Source: Chara braunii
Taxonomy: Eukaryota; Plantae; Charophyceae
Assembly (NCBI GenBank): GCA_003427395.1
Contig: BFEA01000005.1
Coordinates: 4,743,075 to 4,807,074, forward strand
Direction: 5' to 3'
Length of the DNA stretch: 64,000 nucleotides
The position numbers were made by a program, and so were the translations under genes. Below, one piece after another: positions 51,712 to 64,000 of this stretch. The notes beneath the pieces were generated by a model that saw only the letters and a program-made list of their open reading frames with translations, ran no database searches and was not told where the DNA came from. Each line of letters opens with the position of its first letter. Position 1 is the first letter of the stretch.

Positions 51712-54700
51712 AAACTTCTTCTCGTTGATCTTGAAGTTGGCTTCTCTCAACTTCTCTATGATCTACCTCAGATAACCCTCATATCCTTGGACGGTCTTGC
51801 TGAAAAATGGAATATCACCCAAATATACTACTACGAATCTATTGAGCTACTGCCGAAACAAGTCATTCATGCAGCGCTAGAATATGGTTGGTGCGTTAGT
51901 TAGTCCAAAGGGCATACTCTAAACTCATAATGCCCGTATCGGATCCGAAACGCCGTCTTGTACCGATCATCAGGATGTACCTCTATCTGATGGTACCATG
52001 ATTTCAAGTTGATCTTTGTAAAGTACTTACAAACCTTGTGCCCGATCCAACATGTCATCTATGCGGGGCAATGGTTCTGCATTCTTAACTGTTATGGAAT
52101 TTAGACTACTGTAGTTTATACACATTCTTAACTCTCCCTCTTTCTTAGGGACAAATAAGACAGGTGTGCCAAAAGGAGATGAGCTCGGTCTAATCCATCC
52201 CTTTTCGAGGAACTCGTCTAACTTATTACGCAACTTCTCCAATTGCTTGGGAGACATCCTGTAGACTGCTCCCTTAGGTGTTCTAGTGCCAGGTTCTATC
52301 TCTATACGATGCTGAATGAGTTTTGGCACTACCCTTGAGGGTGCCTCTTATAGGTCCTTGTACTCGTTCAAAAAACTGGTGATAGTCGGATGAATCTCTT
52401 TATCCTCCTTCGGCTGATCATAAACTGACCGGACATAAGCTACGAACACATGCTCCTCAAGTTGCTCCTTTTTGGCGAGTCTAGCAACCACAGGAGCACT
52501 GAGGCAGCAATGCGCCAGAGAGTTATCGACTCCTGAAGTATGGAAAAGGCGGGTTTTCTTGACCCCACCTTACGGCCTAAGGAGCCTGCACGCGTGCTCT
52601 CTGAGGTGCAATATCACCCGGGCTTCCTCTCCCCAATCTGTTCCAAGAACTATATTGAATGGGAGGTTATCTTCCACGAGGAGAGTCAGGTCGTGAAGGA
52701 CTTTCTCTACCATCCCCCCTTTGCTCTAGGCGGACTCTCTCTAATATGTACTCCTCGATCCGCATGGTACAGTTGTCTGCGAGGATACTGACTACAGGTT
52801 CCTTTAACTTTTGGACTTTGAGGCCTAGCCTCGACTTCTTTAGCGCTTCACGACAATTGTAGCTTCTAGTGGTCCGACTGTCCATAAGGCTTCCTACTCT
52901 AGCTCTAAAGATCCCGTCGTCTGCTAAGATGAGTTGCCCATTTTCATCCTTCTTCATCGTGGCCCAAACTTGCCTTCTCTCCTGACTCTTCAGCTAAGCC
53001 TGCGAGGGAAACACCTAGAGAGACTAACACAAACAGTCTTTGGGCAGCTAACTAGGCGTTGGCCAGCAATCTCTGCCAGGTAGGTATGTGGAGTGGGAGT
53101 TTATGACTTGCGCGCACACTCAATTCCACGTACTGGGGTAGGGGCAGTTGATACCTCTATCGACGGTTGCCTTTTGCTGCCCCAGGTGCAGCATTGCGGA
53201 ACCCCCTATACATCGGGTAAAAGTTGATGATGTGCCTAGGGTCACCGTAGAACACACACTGATATTTATCAATGCGCTCTTGCCAGACATTCTGATCAAC
53301 GTTGAGGGTTTCCCAAGGCTGGCCTTCAGGCCGTCCAGGGTGCTATGCACCCCTTCTGGTAGGTGATCAACCGGGACTAGGACGGTTAGCCGGGGGACCT
53401 TGACCCCTTCCTCCCACTTGGCGGTCTCAATTGCTGCCAAACCCCTGGGCACCTTGTCCATGACCACTTGAGGACCGACCACCCTTGCCCTGGCCTCGTC
53501 CTCGTCCTTGCGACCTCCCCCCGAGTACAACAGCAGCGTAAGTACTCCTCTTTCCTGCAGTACTGTCCTCTTCCTCTAGCCCCCACTCTATGTCAGTGTA
53601 AGGGATCTCCTCCGCACCACCTTCTTCCATTGTAAGGATCAAACTGTCTTTGGCCTTGACTTGGCCTGAGACGGTGCGCTCTTTCAACTTTTTTCCCTTA
53701 GCTAGGTCTTTATGCCAGAAAGTGGTAACTCGCATAGCTTGGGCGGCAAACGCAACAACCTCTTTATTGAGGAAATCGTAGGTCATTCCAGGCTGCTGTT
53801 TCTTATCAAAGAATTGCCCTTGCAAATGTTCGGGCAACGCGCGGTAGAAGAGTTGGACGAGCCGTGTTTAAGTAACTCCATGTCCGGGCACATCGATAAG
53901 TTTGTCCATAGCAAATTTGAGGGCATGTACGCTCCTCCATTGTCGCATGCAAATTGTATGGATCTTATCAGACACCCTTATTCCACTAGTGACGTTGGCA
54001 AATCATTCTCGCAGTGCCGCGAGAAAATCGTTGAGGTGAGTGACAACAGAATATTGGACCATGTCATTATTACTGTGAGCGGCACGTGCGAGCGACCTTG
54101 CAAAGCTGGTCCCTTCTTCTCGCGAAGCTTGGAAGGCTATCAAGAAATGATCTTCGTATTGCAAATGCATGTAGGACTTGACACTGGCCTCCCAGTTATC
54201 AAAGTTTTCCCCATTCTTCCCAGTATAGGGTTCTGGAAAATTAACTTTGACCCGTTCACGTCGTGTGCGCGGTTCCGGGACCACCATTTTGACACCTTCT
54301 ATTGCACCTGTACAAAATTTCTTTGTCCTACTTATTGTGGCACGCATCTCGTTTGTCAAGCGGAGCATCATTTCTTGGGCAAAATCTTGGAACCTTACGC
54401 GAAGGGATTCCAGGGCAATATTGTGCCCATGGAGGTGCCTCAACTGCTCTTGCTGTGCGGTTAGCATAGAAATCATGCTTTGGGTCAAGGTATCAATTTT
54501 CCTTCCTACTTCTACGTCTTCCCCTATCTTACCCAACCGCTCTTCTGCCACCCTCAATTCTCTCTCCATATGGTCTTGCATCTCCAAACGTCTCGTTTTT
54601 TCCCTTGAGAGACGTAATTGTCACTCCAACCGTTTTTCCTGCTTCTTTTTGGTCCAGTGCTTCTCTTTTAGCCTTGGGGACTATCAACTCAACCTCTCTG

Positions 54701-57700
54701 TCTGTGCCCAAGGACAAGGTTGCCACCCACTCCTTCACCGCCCTTTCCGTTTCCTCTGGCTATGCGAATCCTGAACTTGATTCTCCTCTCTCGTCCTCTC
54801 TTTCTCCAGTCCCTGCCAACGTTCCTCCTCTTCTATCCAGCAGGGGCTTTTCTTATTCTTCTTCCACTTCTTTTTCTTCTTCTTCTTCTTCTTCTTCTTC
54901 TTCTTCTTCTTCTTCTTCGAACGCGGCCAACTTCGCCTCCTGCTCTCTTTTCCACTTTTCCATTTCCTTCTCCATCTGCTTCTGCCTGACCGCTTCTTCC
55001 TCCATCAAGGCGAGATTCTTGGCCTGCCGGATCAACTCCTTCTCCATCTTTTCCTTTTTCTCATGGAGAATTGCAGGATCTCTCTCCTCTTGGATCGTAC
55101 TATATAGAGTTGTGTTGATTTCGGTTCTGGTGGTCACCATGTTGGTAGGGACACAATCACTGGCGATTCCACTCCTCAATAGTTAGACCTACCACCCTAG
55201 TACTGACTCCCTAAAGGACTATAGAGGTTTCTCGTCCACTTCAGCCACGTTATCACAGCCTTTGGATGCTTTCGCAACCATGGTCACCAATATTTCCATA
55301 GTGATCAGATGCTTCGACAACCACAATCACCAATTCCACCTGGCTTAAACTTCAGATTGACTCTCTGCCAACTATGCGATTCTAGCCTACACTACTGCTA
55401 GTGTTTCGCTAGAGAACTATTGGCTGATCAGGTGCCATCTTAAGGAGGTGCCCCAAAACTCCTCAGGAATTTTTTAACGTCGCAGTTAGGACTGGACTGG
55501 ACACCTGCTCTGCAGCTCGGAGTTCGGGTATAGTGTACCACCCCGAGCAACCTCCCGGTCTGTACCGGTCCTTGGGGTGTTTTCCCAAGTCGTCCAACCT
55601 CAGGTACACCGTACCCCTACTAAGTGCAGTGGAAACACAGGCTCACAAACCCTATCAGACCACATGCATGGAACCTATCGACCTGGATAGGAGAGACTCG
55701 ATGCAAAAAGCGATGTTATACTCCTCAGCAAGTACCAAGGTGAGTGTGCAACATCCACTGGGTATGAGGGACAAGGGCTAAGGCTTGGGGGAAATACACC
55801 GCTCCTCGCTCCGCACTACAGCTTGGTCAACGGGGGCCAGTCAACGCCGCTGGTCAATGACTGTTAACCTCTGGTCAAAGCCAGTCAATATTCGGTCAAC
55901 GCCGGTGTCGGACCAAATACCCTTACAAGGGTATTTGTCCATGCTTTTGCATCTGACACGGTGACGGCGTCGGCTACCATGATGGAGCCGATCTGAGATG
56001 AAATGGGTGTGCATGCTTTGGCGTGACACTTGAAACGATTTCCTCGGCCATTGAGGCCGAGGCGAATCGGTGAGAAATTTTCAAGAGTCTGTGCGCGCGT
56101 TGTCTTGACGTGCACTATGATGGTTAGGATTAGTAGCAATACCCTCGGACCGAAAAGGTCAAGGGGTTGATTGGGTCAGTATCGTTGTGAGGAAACCCGG
56201 GGAGGGGCGCCTACTGTTCGCTGAAGCCAAGGGCTACAGCGCCTGTCACTCACTGCGTCCGCTTCCGAGGTCCTCAGCGATCAGCAGGGTATAGGACTCT
56301 GCAATGCCTGTTGCACTCACGTTTTCAGGGAGGGAGCACCTCTCCCTTATTCCACCGGTTAAAGCGAAAACTATTCACTTGAAAATCAGGAACCGCACGA
56401 CGACCCGGTTGCATTAGGCCTAGCTATGGCCAATCTCTTTTCAGGATGGAAACCAAAAGTAAGATGGAAGGCGGAGGAAAAAGAAGAAAATTAAACCTTC
56501 TGAGTTTGACTAGCTGTAGCTCCTAGGAAAGCGCTGGTTTCAACCTTCTTGCTTTCGGGTATGTTCACTGTATTATGTTCTGAAACTGCATGTGTTGCAA
56601 TAACTCATTTTCTCGCTTTGGTCAGACACAGTTTCCGGAGCTCACAGACTTCAAGGGTGATGTTTCAATTATCATGTAAAACACAGACAGTCAAATCATT
56701 AGTAATTCATTGTTCTCTGAAATCCACGCTTGACAGCTTATCAGCGAAACGACTTATCCACTCTCACTCGGGCACACACTCGCAGGCGCGAGTACTCGCT
56801 GTTTCCTGTTGATGCCCGTGGATTTGCACGGGCTGCCTTGATTGTTTTGTGATCAGGAGAGTCATTCGTCTTTTGACAATTGAAGTTGCGGCGTGAAACC
56901 AGTTCAGATAGAATAAAATATATCGAAAATAAACAATATAGTTGAAGACAAAAAAAATTTATAGCTTTCTACGTATCTCCCTTCGTAACCTTTAATTAGT
57001 GGGGGCAGTGCTCTATGCCCCCAACTCCCCCACATCATTTATCACGTGGTTCATTTTAAGAAAGCTGGTCATGGTGCTTTTAGCCGCGCTACGCACACAT
57101 TCGGATGGCTCTCGCTCCTTGGGAGCTCTGTTTCAGCTCACACTAGAGCGCTTGCTCTCAAGCGGAATAAAAAAAAAGGAAATATAATTTGGAAATAAAT
57201 TCCCGGAGTGTCTTTGAGACACCCTGAGAGTGCTTTTCCATTCCGGGGTACACGAAACATCAATCAGACAAAAAAAGACATATGTTCATCCGGAAACAGG
57301 GAACTGATCACATATTAGAGTCCCCAAAGACTTTGGGCGCTCGCCCCCACAGCAACTCACATGCCCGAATAAGTATGAATATAACCCGCAATTGCTTTCC
57401 TCGAGACTAGCTATTCCAGTCCTTAGCGGACCCGCATCACATACAGATCCGGGAGTGAATTAACGAGTTGTAGCTGTTCTCACTAGGTGATTCGCGTTTG
57501 CTTGCCCGCCGTAAATATTCAGCTGATCGCGGTCCGCTTGACGTCGCCAACGAATCGTCTCATTCTCAGTGTCTCGGTGTTGCAGTTGGGCATTCGGAGG
57601 GGAAAGAACGGTTACCTTTAGTTCTGAAAATATACAGACTGATCAGTCACCTTTCGTTTGTGAAGGCCCATCCGGACGAGTTACACTAGTTGGCTTCGAA

Positions 57701-58465
57701 GCTGCGTCAGACACCGCCCTTAGTTTAACCGTTCGATGACGGCTTGACTACACACCGTTCGTGCACATCGCGTTCACCCGCCTACGACCACTTTGTCGCC
57801 TTTCGCTCAGTCAACTCCAGGGAACACTCTCCCTTTTTCGACATAGCCACGACAGGCTCAGCGAGCGGGCATCAGCCCGTACCACCTTCCTGCTCCAGCC
57901 AATCTAGTCCGAGCGAGCGTACCCCACATGCGTCAGTTCGAGAGAGCTGCAATAACCACATCCAGTCTCCCGCACAGTTGGCTCGAGGGCCGCCCTTCGC
58001 TATACCTCAGTGACTTTGGTCCGCTTGTTGTACGGGCGTGAGTCCGTCTATGCAGACAGTAAATGCCTCTCGCGTTTGAATCAAGCTCCTCTCCTCGCCC
58101 GCCCTGGCGGGCCTTCTTCAGTCAAGCCCCTCTCGACGATCATGACTCTTCGGGTTCGCTCGCACCTGATCGGTCACTCGCTTTCTCTCGCCCTTGCGCA
58201 CTCCTCCCCACTCTCTTACCCCGCTCAGCCTGCCTCGTCACTCATATATCCCTAATATCTCTGCCCGTTGCGGCAGCGCACTATGTGTGTTACTCAGGCC
58301 CCCCTGCGTGCTGCGCATGCCAGGTGCCCTATCACCAGTAGTTAGTTATTCCTCACTCTTCGTCAGATTCGCACGCGTGTGTGAGACGTCATGTCCTCGG
58401 TCACCTTCGCCTCTCTCGGGTCCCTCACTAAAGGCACAACGAGCTAGCTAGGCACTGTGCACACC

Positions 58466-58503
58466 CTGTCTCTTATACACATCTAGATGTGTATAAGAGA
58501 CAG
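58466..58503. other. Nextera mate-pair junction adapter (two Tn5 mosaic ends); assembly contaminant
   Basis: CTGTCTCTTATACACATCT+AGATGTGTATAAGAGACAG exactly, at the contig end next to a gap. Confidence 0.98.
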
Positions 58504-59333
58504 NNNNNNNNNNNNNNNNNNNNNNNNNNNNNNNNNNNNNNNNNNNNNNNNNNNNNNNNNNNNNNNNNNNNNNNNNNNNNNNNNNNNNNNNNNNNNNNNN
58601 NNNNNNNNNNNNNNNNNNNNNNNNNNNNNNNNNNNNNNNNNNNNNNNNNNNNNNNNNNNNNNNNNNNNNNNNNNNNNNNNNNNNNNNNNNNNNNNNNNNN
58701 NNNNNNNNNNNNNNNNNNNNNNNNNNNNNNNNNNNNNNNNNNNNNNNNNNNNNNNNNNNNNNNNNNNNNNNNNNNNNNNNNNNNNNNNNNNNNNNNNNNN
58801 NNNNNNNNNNNNNNNNNNNNNNNNNNNNNNNNNNNNNNNNNNNNNNNNNNNNNNNNNNNNNNNNNNNNNNNNNNNNNNNNNNNNNNNNNNNNNNNNNNNN
58901 NNNNNNNNNNNNNNNNNNNNNNNNNNNNNNNNNNNNNNNNNNNNNNNNNNNNNNNNNNNNNNNNNNNNNNNNNNNNNNNNNNNNNNNNNNNNNNNNNNNN
59001 NNNNNNNNNNNNNNNNNNNNNNNNNNNNNNNNNNNNNNNNNNNNNNNNNNNNNNNNNNNNNNNNNNNNNNNNNNNNNNNNNNNNNNNNNNNNNNNNNNNN
59101 NNNNNNNNNNNNNNNNNNNNNNNNNNNNNNNNNNNNNNNNNNNNNNNNNNNNNNNNNNNNNNNNNNNNNNNNNNNNNNNNNNNNNNNNNNNNNNNNNNNN
59201 NNNNNNNNNNNNNNNNNNNNNNNNNNNNNNNNNNNNNNNNNNNNNNNNNNNNNNNNNNNNNNNNNNNNNNNNNNNNNNNNNNNNNNNNNNNNNNNNNNNN
59301 NNNNNNNNNNNNNNNNNNNNNNNNNNNNNNNNN
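58504..59333. other. Assembly gap (830 N)
   Basis: N run. Confidence 0.99.
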
Positions 59334-60330
59334 CGGAGCCGAACCAGGAATAACCAATCGGAACTGCAGCAGCCCTTTACCATACCAGTACCAAATCTGA
59401 AGAATCCATTCGGAACCGTACCAATTTGTGCCGCATCAATTCCGAATCAACACCGAGCCTGAAACCTCTGCCCCGAGCTGCAGTAGCCCGAACCATACCG
59501 TACCAAATCAGAATCAGACTGAACCTGAGACGACGTCTCTAACTGCAGTGGACTGTACCATACTGATGCCGCGCCATTACTGAACCTGAAACATGCCGAA
59601 CATCGTACAATCCCGCAGTCCCGTGGTAGCACCAGCCAGCAGTCCCATGCCCATTCGAGATCAATTCCGAACCTGCGAACAATGTGGCGGCGTGTACCAC
59701 TCCGATGCCGAACCAATACCAAATCTGAAGCAGGCCTTTGCCGAACCAGTACCGAGCTTGATATATGCCGAATACCATAAAATGTCGCAGCCCAACAATA
59801 GTGCTGAAACTCCCCGAACTCTGCGCCCGAACCGAACCAGCGGTCACACCGAAGCAATGAAGCTGAGCGGCGCAACCGAAGTAACACAACGACGACACTA
59901 CGACAACCATCTAATCCCACACTCATATCTCATAGGTCGCGGTGTGAATACATCAGCGTAGTCATCCCGAACCTGAAATAGACTGGCTCCCAAAGCTGAA
60001 ACAAACCGCCATAGTGGCACCAAACCTGGAATAAATGGCCGCAGTGTTGGTGCCGAGCCCGAGCTAAATACCCGTGATAGCGCCGAACCTGGAATAATCT
60101 GTCGTCCAGGCTCCGAACCTGAAATACATCGTCATAGTGGCTCCAGACCTGAAAGTAAGCCACCGTAGCGGTTCCGGCCCTGAAACAAATAGCCATGATG
60201 ATGCTGATCCTGAAATAAATAGCCGTGATGATGGCGACCCTGGAAATAAATCACCCTGGTGCCCGAACCTGAAGTACACGGACACCGGCTCANNCCGAAC
60301 CTCAAACATGTCCGGTACCGAACCTGACAT
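59334..60330 (+). repeat. Degenerate ~30-bp minisatellite (core CCGAACCTGAAATA)
   Basis: The core recurs every ~25-33 bp over 59965-60330 and more loosely upstream. Confidence 0.75.
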
Positions 60331-61834
60331 CATGTTGTCGGTCCAATGTAACACGATCCCACGCTGTCCATATGCATGTGGCCATCGCCCGTACTGCCGG
60401 GCTCAGTAGGGTTAGTAAAAGGTAAATAGGGGACGCGTCATGGAGAGTTTCGATCATCGGGGGTTAGCAAAAAAAGTTAGAGCTCAGGGAATTTGATCAA
60501 ATCTGGGTTCTGAGCTGACGGTGGGTATCCCAAGCAAAACCAGACCAGGCATCGAATAATCATTAGCTCCTGTTTGTTCCATCATTTTCTATCGCTCTCC
60601 CTTTTCCTTAATTCTATTGTCTGAAATAGTGAATTAGCCGTAGGTTCTCCAAAAATGAATTCTGAGGGAATTTAATCAAATGGTTGAAATTCTCTCTTTT
60701 CTTCTCTCCCTTACCATTTTAAATCTTTTTCTCTGGTTTTCTATTTCATTGCCGGAAACATAAAATAACGAGGTATTTTCCTCAAAATTTAAATGCCGCG
60801 AAAAATAAGGGAACTAAGGGATATTACGTNTTCCTCTTCCCCCCTACTGTTCCCAATCTTTTTCTCCCATCTTTAGTTTAGGTACAAAAATAGACAAAAA
60901 TTGGAGGCCTCATTTCGGTCCCGGTCGTATGCCGCAAAAACGTTGCGGCGAAGTCGGTTCCCGCGATGCCTCTCCGCGGCAGGCCAATCCGAGTCTAGTT
61001 CTCTAAACGGTCGGGAATGACGGTCCCTTGATGCGCCGAGTGTGGCCACTTATCTTGGCATCTTTGAGGATTACTCCTAAGGCTCAGCACGCCCTGAATC
61101 AGGGGTGCCCTGAGTTCCCCTGATTTTTGTTGCCGGGTCATACGAGAGTTCCATCAAAACACGGACTTGTCCCTGAGCCTAAGTCCCAAAACTACAGATC
61201 TCAGGCGGCGCACTGCTTGCGGCCGCCTGACATCGTGTCATGTAAGCCTATGATACACGCTGAGACTTGGGCTGGTCCCTGTCTACCTACTAGATATTGA
61301 GCGTCTAAAAATACCAATGTTTGTCTTCCTCTACTCGACCTCCGAGTCGGGTACTCAGCACATCTACCTTTACTTGGTATGACACTGACCTACCTGCCAC
61401 TTGAGGGTTTTCCCCGCCACGACCTTCAGTGTCGCGGCCATAGCTAGGTACCAGCCTACCCGCCGCTTGAGTGTTTTCCACGTCACGACCCTCAATGTCG
61501 CGGCCACGGCTAAATACCGGCCCTGTGGGCTTGCCGGTTGACCGAGTACCCTTGTGAGACACACACTTAAGCCGACAAGGCGCTCCAATAGGCGCACAGA
61601 CCAGCAAGCGGGCGGACGCACACACAAATTTAGGAATGGGCTTGGGCCGCTACGCGCGCGGACCAAGCCCCACTACTCTACTTATATCGGGGCTGCTCCT
61701 ACCTTACCCGAAGTAGGAGTTAACCTGATAGGTTTCGGTATGGATTGATGAGTGACAGACTCGAGGATCGAGTCCACTTGCCTGCGGGTTAGCTCCTTTT
61801 GACAAGGAGCCCCGTACCATTTCGCCCCTGTTTC

Positions 61835-61872
61835 CGGCAGGCGGGGCTTGAACCCACGACCTCACAATTACG
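61835..61872 (-). mobile_element. tRNA 3'-half-like (B box) fragment
   Basis: Minus strand GTAATTGTGAGGTCGTGGGTTCAAGCCCCGCCTGCCG; no 5' half. Confidence 0.45.
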
Positions 61873-63152
61873 GTTAGTTGTAGTTGCCTCGTTGAAAACG
61901 GGGCTTGACACTTGGCAAGTTAGGACAGTTAGTAGTTAGATTCTGTTCTTTTATTTTATTTTCATTAGTATAGTTAGATTCTTCTTTTATTTAATTTATN
62001 ATTATTATTATTGTTCTGATTATTGTTTTCNGATCTCGTACTTCACAAGGTTCGTCTGCATCAAGGGATCTGCCGCAGAACCGAGGNAAGGTTCATTCCC
62101 CTCNGGGTTGGTGATACANGGTCGGGCTTGCCCGCCCGATACTGGCTCGCACCCTCGAGAAGGGTGAATCGCGAGAGAGGGAGTTCGCGATCGCTCGAGG
62201 GTGGAGATGTCCGCGCGGTAGGAGGAAGAGAGTAGGCGCGATGGAGATAGTTGCGCGGGGAGCAGCAGAGGTGGCGCATGGAAAGGAAGAAGATGGTCGC
62301 GAAGAGACGGATGGAACGCGTCGGAAAGATGGTAGGAGAAGTAGAGGAGAAGAAGAAGGAGAAGAAGGAAGAAGGAGGAGGAGGAGGAGAGGAAGAGGCA
62401 ANAGAAAGGCAACTCACCTGTCACCCGACCAACTTGTTGAATGAGCACTTGTGTCTGACGTGCCCAACGCGCCGGGGTTTCAGCATGTTGCGTGTCGTGG
62501 CGGATCCGCTTGCGAAACTGGAGAGGGCAATGCACCTACGGACGATGACGACGGCTCGGACGACGACGAAGAAAGAATAGGTAAGCCTTCAGTCTCACGA
62601 CTTACCTCGTGGTACCTTCGTCGATAGGAAACAAAAATAAAATAAAGTAAATAAATAAATAAATAAACATAATAAACTCGAACGAATCTATCACTAGAAT
62701 ATGGAAAGATTCACTATTATACATGTGTATGTGTGTGTGAACGAAGAATGTTGTCGATCGATTCATTGGGAGAAATCGATCGAATCTCTCACTACTACGC
62801 TGAGATANTACACCTATGTGTGTGTGGGTGTGTGATAGAGAGAGAAAGTGTTTTCTCCTTCCCTCTAAGTCCACCATCTCTCCCTCACCCTCTCGCTACC
62901 TAACCTGGCATCTACAGACTACGAAAGAGAGAGAGGAGGAGAGAGAAGAGAGAGAGAAGTCAAAAAGATCNAGGGAGAGATGGGGAANGTGAGAAGAGTG
63001 AGAAAGGGAGTACATTATGCGATCCAGCATACCGGGGGCAATGGGAAAGNCTCCGAGGCCGCGNCTNANTGNGCGCAACATCCAACAAAAGAATGAGCAG
63101 AGCGATCGAGCAAATCGATCGAATCTTCCGCTGCAACATCAAGGCATGCGCA

Positions 63153-63195
<43 letters not shown>

Positions 63196-64000
63196 TGTGT
63201 GTGAGAGAGAGAGAGAGGGCTTTACTTGGACTGCATATATGCTACACCGACGAATCCAGCGGTTGCTTGCCTGGATTGGAAGGTCTGGGCAACGTTCTTA
63301 AGGTTCATCGCAACGGGGGTAGAATGTTGTAACTATCGATCTTGAACGGGAATGCCAGAAAGCGCAAGTCATCGGCTCGTGCTGATTACTACCCTGCCCT
63401 TTGTACTCACCATCCGTAGCTCCTATCGATTGATTGGCCTCGTGAAGAGTCGGGGTCGTGATGATCGTGGCGGTAACCACTTAGGGTGTTGTGAGAAGTT
63501 CGTCAGACTTCGCCATTTGGAGGGAAGAGAAGTGAACTGCGCTGTAGGAGAAGACAGAGAGGAAAGAAGAAGAAGAAAAAAAAAAAGAAGAAGAAGAAAA
63601 AGAAGAAGAAGAAGAAGAAGAAGAGGAAAGGAAGCTCATCATGACGGGGATAGATTTTTGTAATTATCGATCTTTAACGAGGAATGCCTATTCAACGTGA
63701 GTCGTCAGCTCACGCTAATCACGTTTCTGTCGTTTGTACACACCGTTGTCGCTCCTACCGATTGAATGGGCCGGTGAAGCATCTGGATTGCGGTGATCTC
63801 GACGGTTTGCCGCTGGGGATGTTGTGAAAAGTTCATTGAACCTTATCATTTTGAGGAAAGGAGGTGCTGAAAGAAGAAGAGGGAGAAAGAAAAGAAGAAG
63901 AAGAAGGAAGGAGGAAGAAGAAAAAGAAGTAGGAGTAGAAAGAAGAGGAGGAGAGGAGAAAGATTACCTGAGCATGCAGGCGACTCCGACAACGGCGGCT

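Larger units (their letters stand above)
45115..55500 (-). mobile_element. Decayed Ty3/Gypsy (chromovirus-like) element 3, interrupted in RT; putative 3' LTR 45115-45824; 5' end approximate
   Basis: gag 55180-53400 (KVNFPEPYTGK..NFDNWE), protease-like LMDSRTTRSY (~52900), RT 52330-51715 and 48088-47830, RNase H (ITTDASQY..YSDHETL..VADVLS), integrase 47040-46000 (SIVSDRDTWFTS, PETNGQIE, AYNNSVH), C-terminal chromodomain-like tail. Confidence 0.92.

Noticed and set aside
58448-59400. Long ORFs of about 290-310 aa
   Set aside because: They run through Ns and the adapter sequence.
61553-61910. Solo LTR (TG...CA)
   Set aside because: No TSD and no second copy in the window.

Overview
Repeat-dominated eukaryotic genomic DNA from a draft assembly. 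It has two N-gaps and a leftover Nextera mate-pair adapter at 58466-58503. The style of the Ty3/Gypsy proteins suggests a streptophyte alga such as Chara; this is inference and was not verified. I can support one cellular gene: a four-coding-exon nascent polypeptide-associated complex alpha subunit (NACA, 206 aa, + strand, 12666-23756) with 0.46, 5.8 and 4.2 kb introns. Most other sequence is decayed Ty3/Gypsy LTR retrotransposon (three large remnants plus fragments), with MITE-like fold-backs, tRNA-derived SINE-like pieces, minisatellites and microsatellites. The most notable observations are: (1) three decayed type III hammerhead-ribozyme motifs, two in a 134-bp tandem repeat in NACA intron 3 and one downstream, all inside a repeat family with Helitron-like ends; (2) a clean inversion plus duplication of the gag core in the first Gypsy, giving a ~273-bp inverted repeat; (3) a 3.6-kb poly(A)-tailed insertion with a 16-bp target-site duplication (TSD) and no RT, which splits a Gypsy RT; (4) a 58-aa Pro-rich linker inside a Gypsy RNase H. 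Nothing supports CRISPR, rRNA or an intact tRNA gene.
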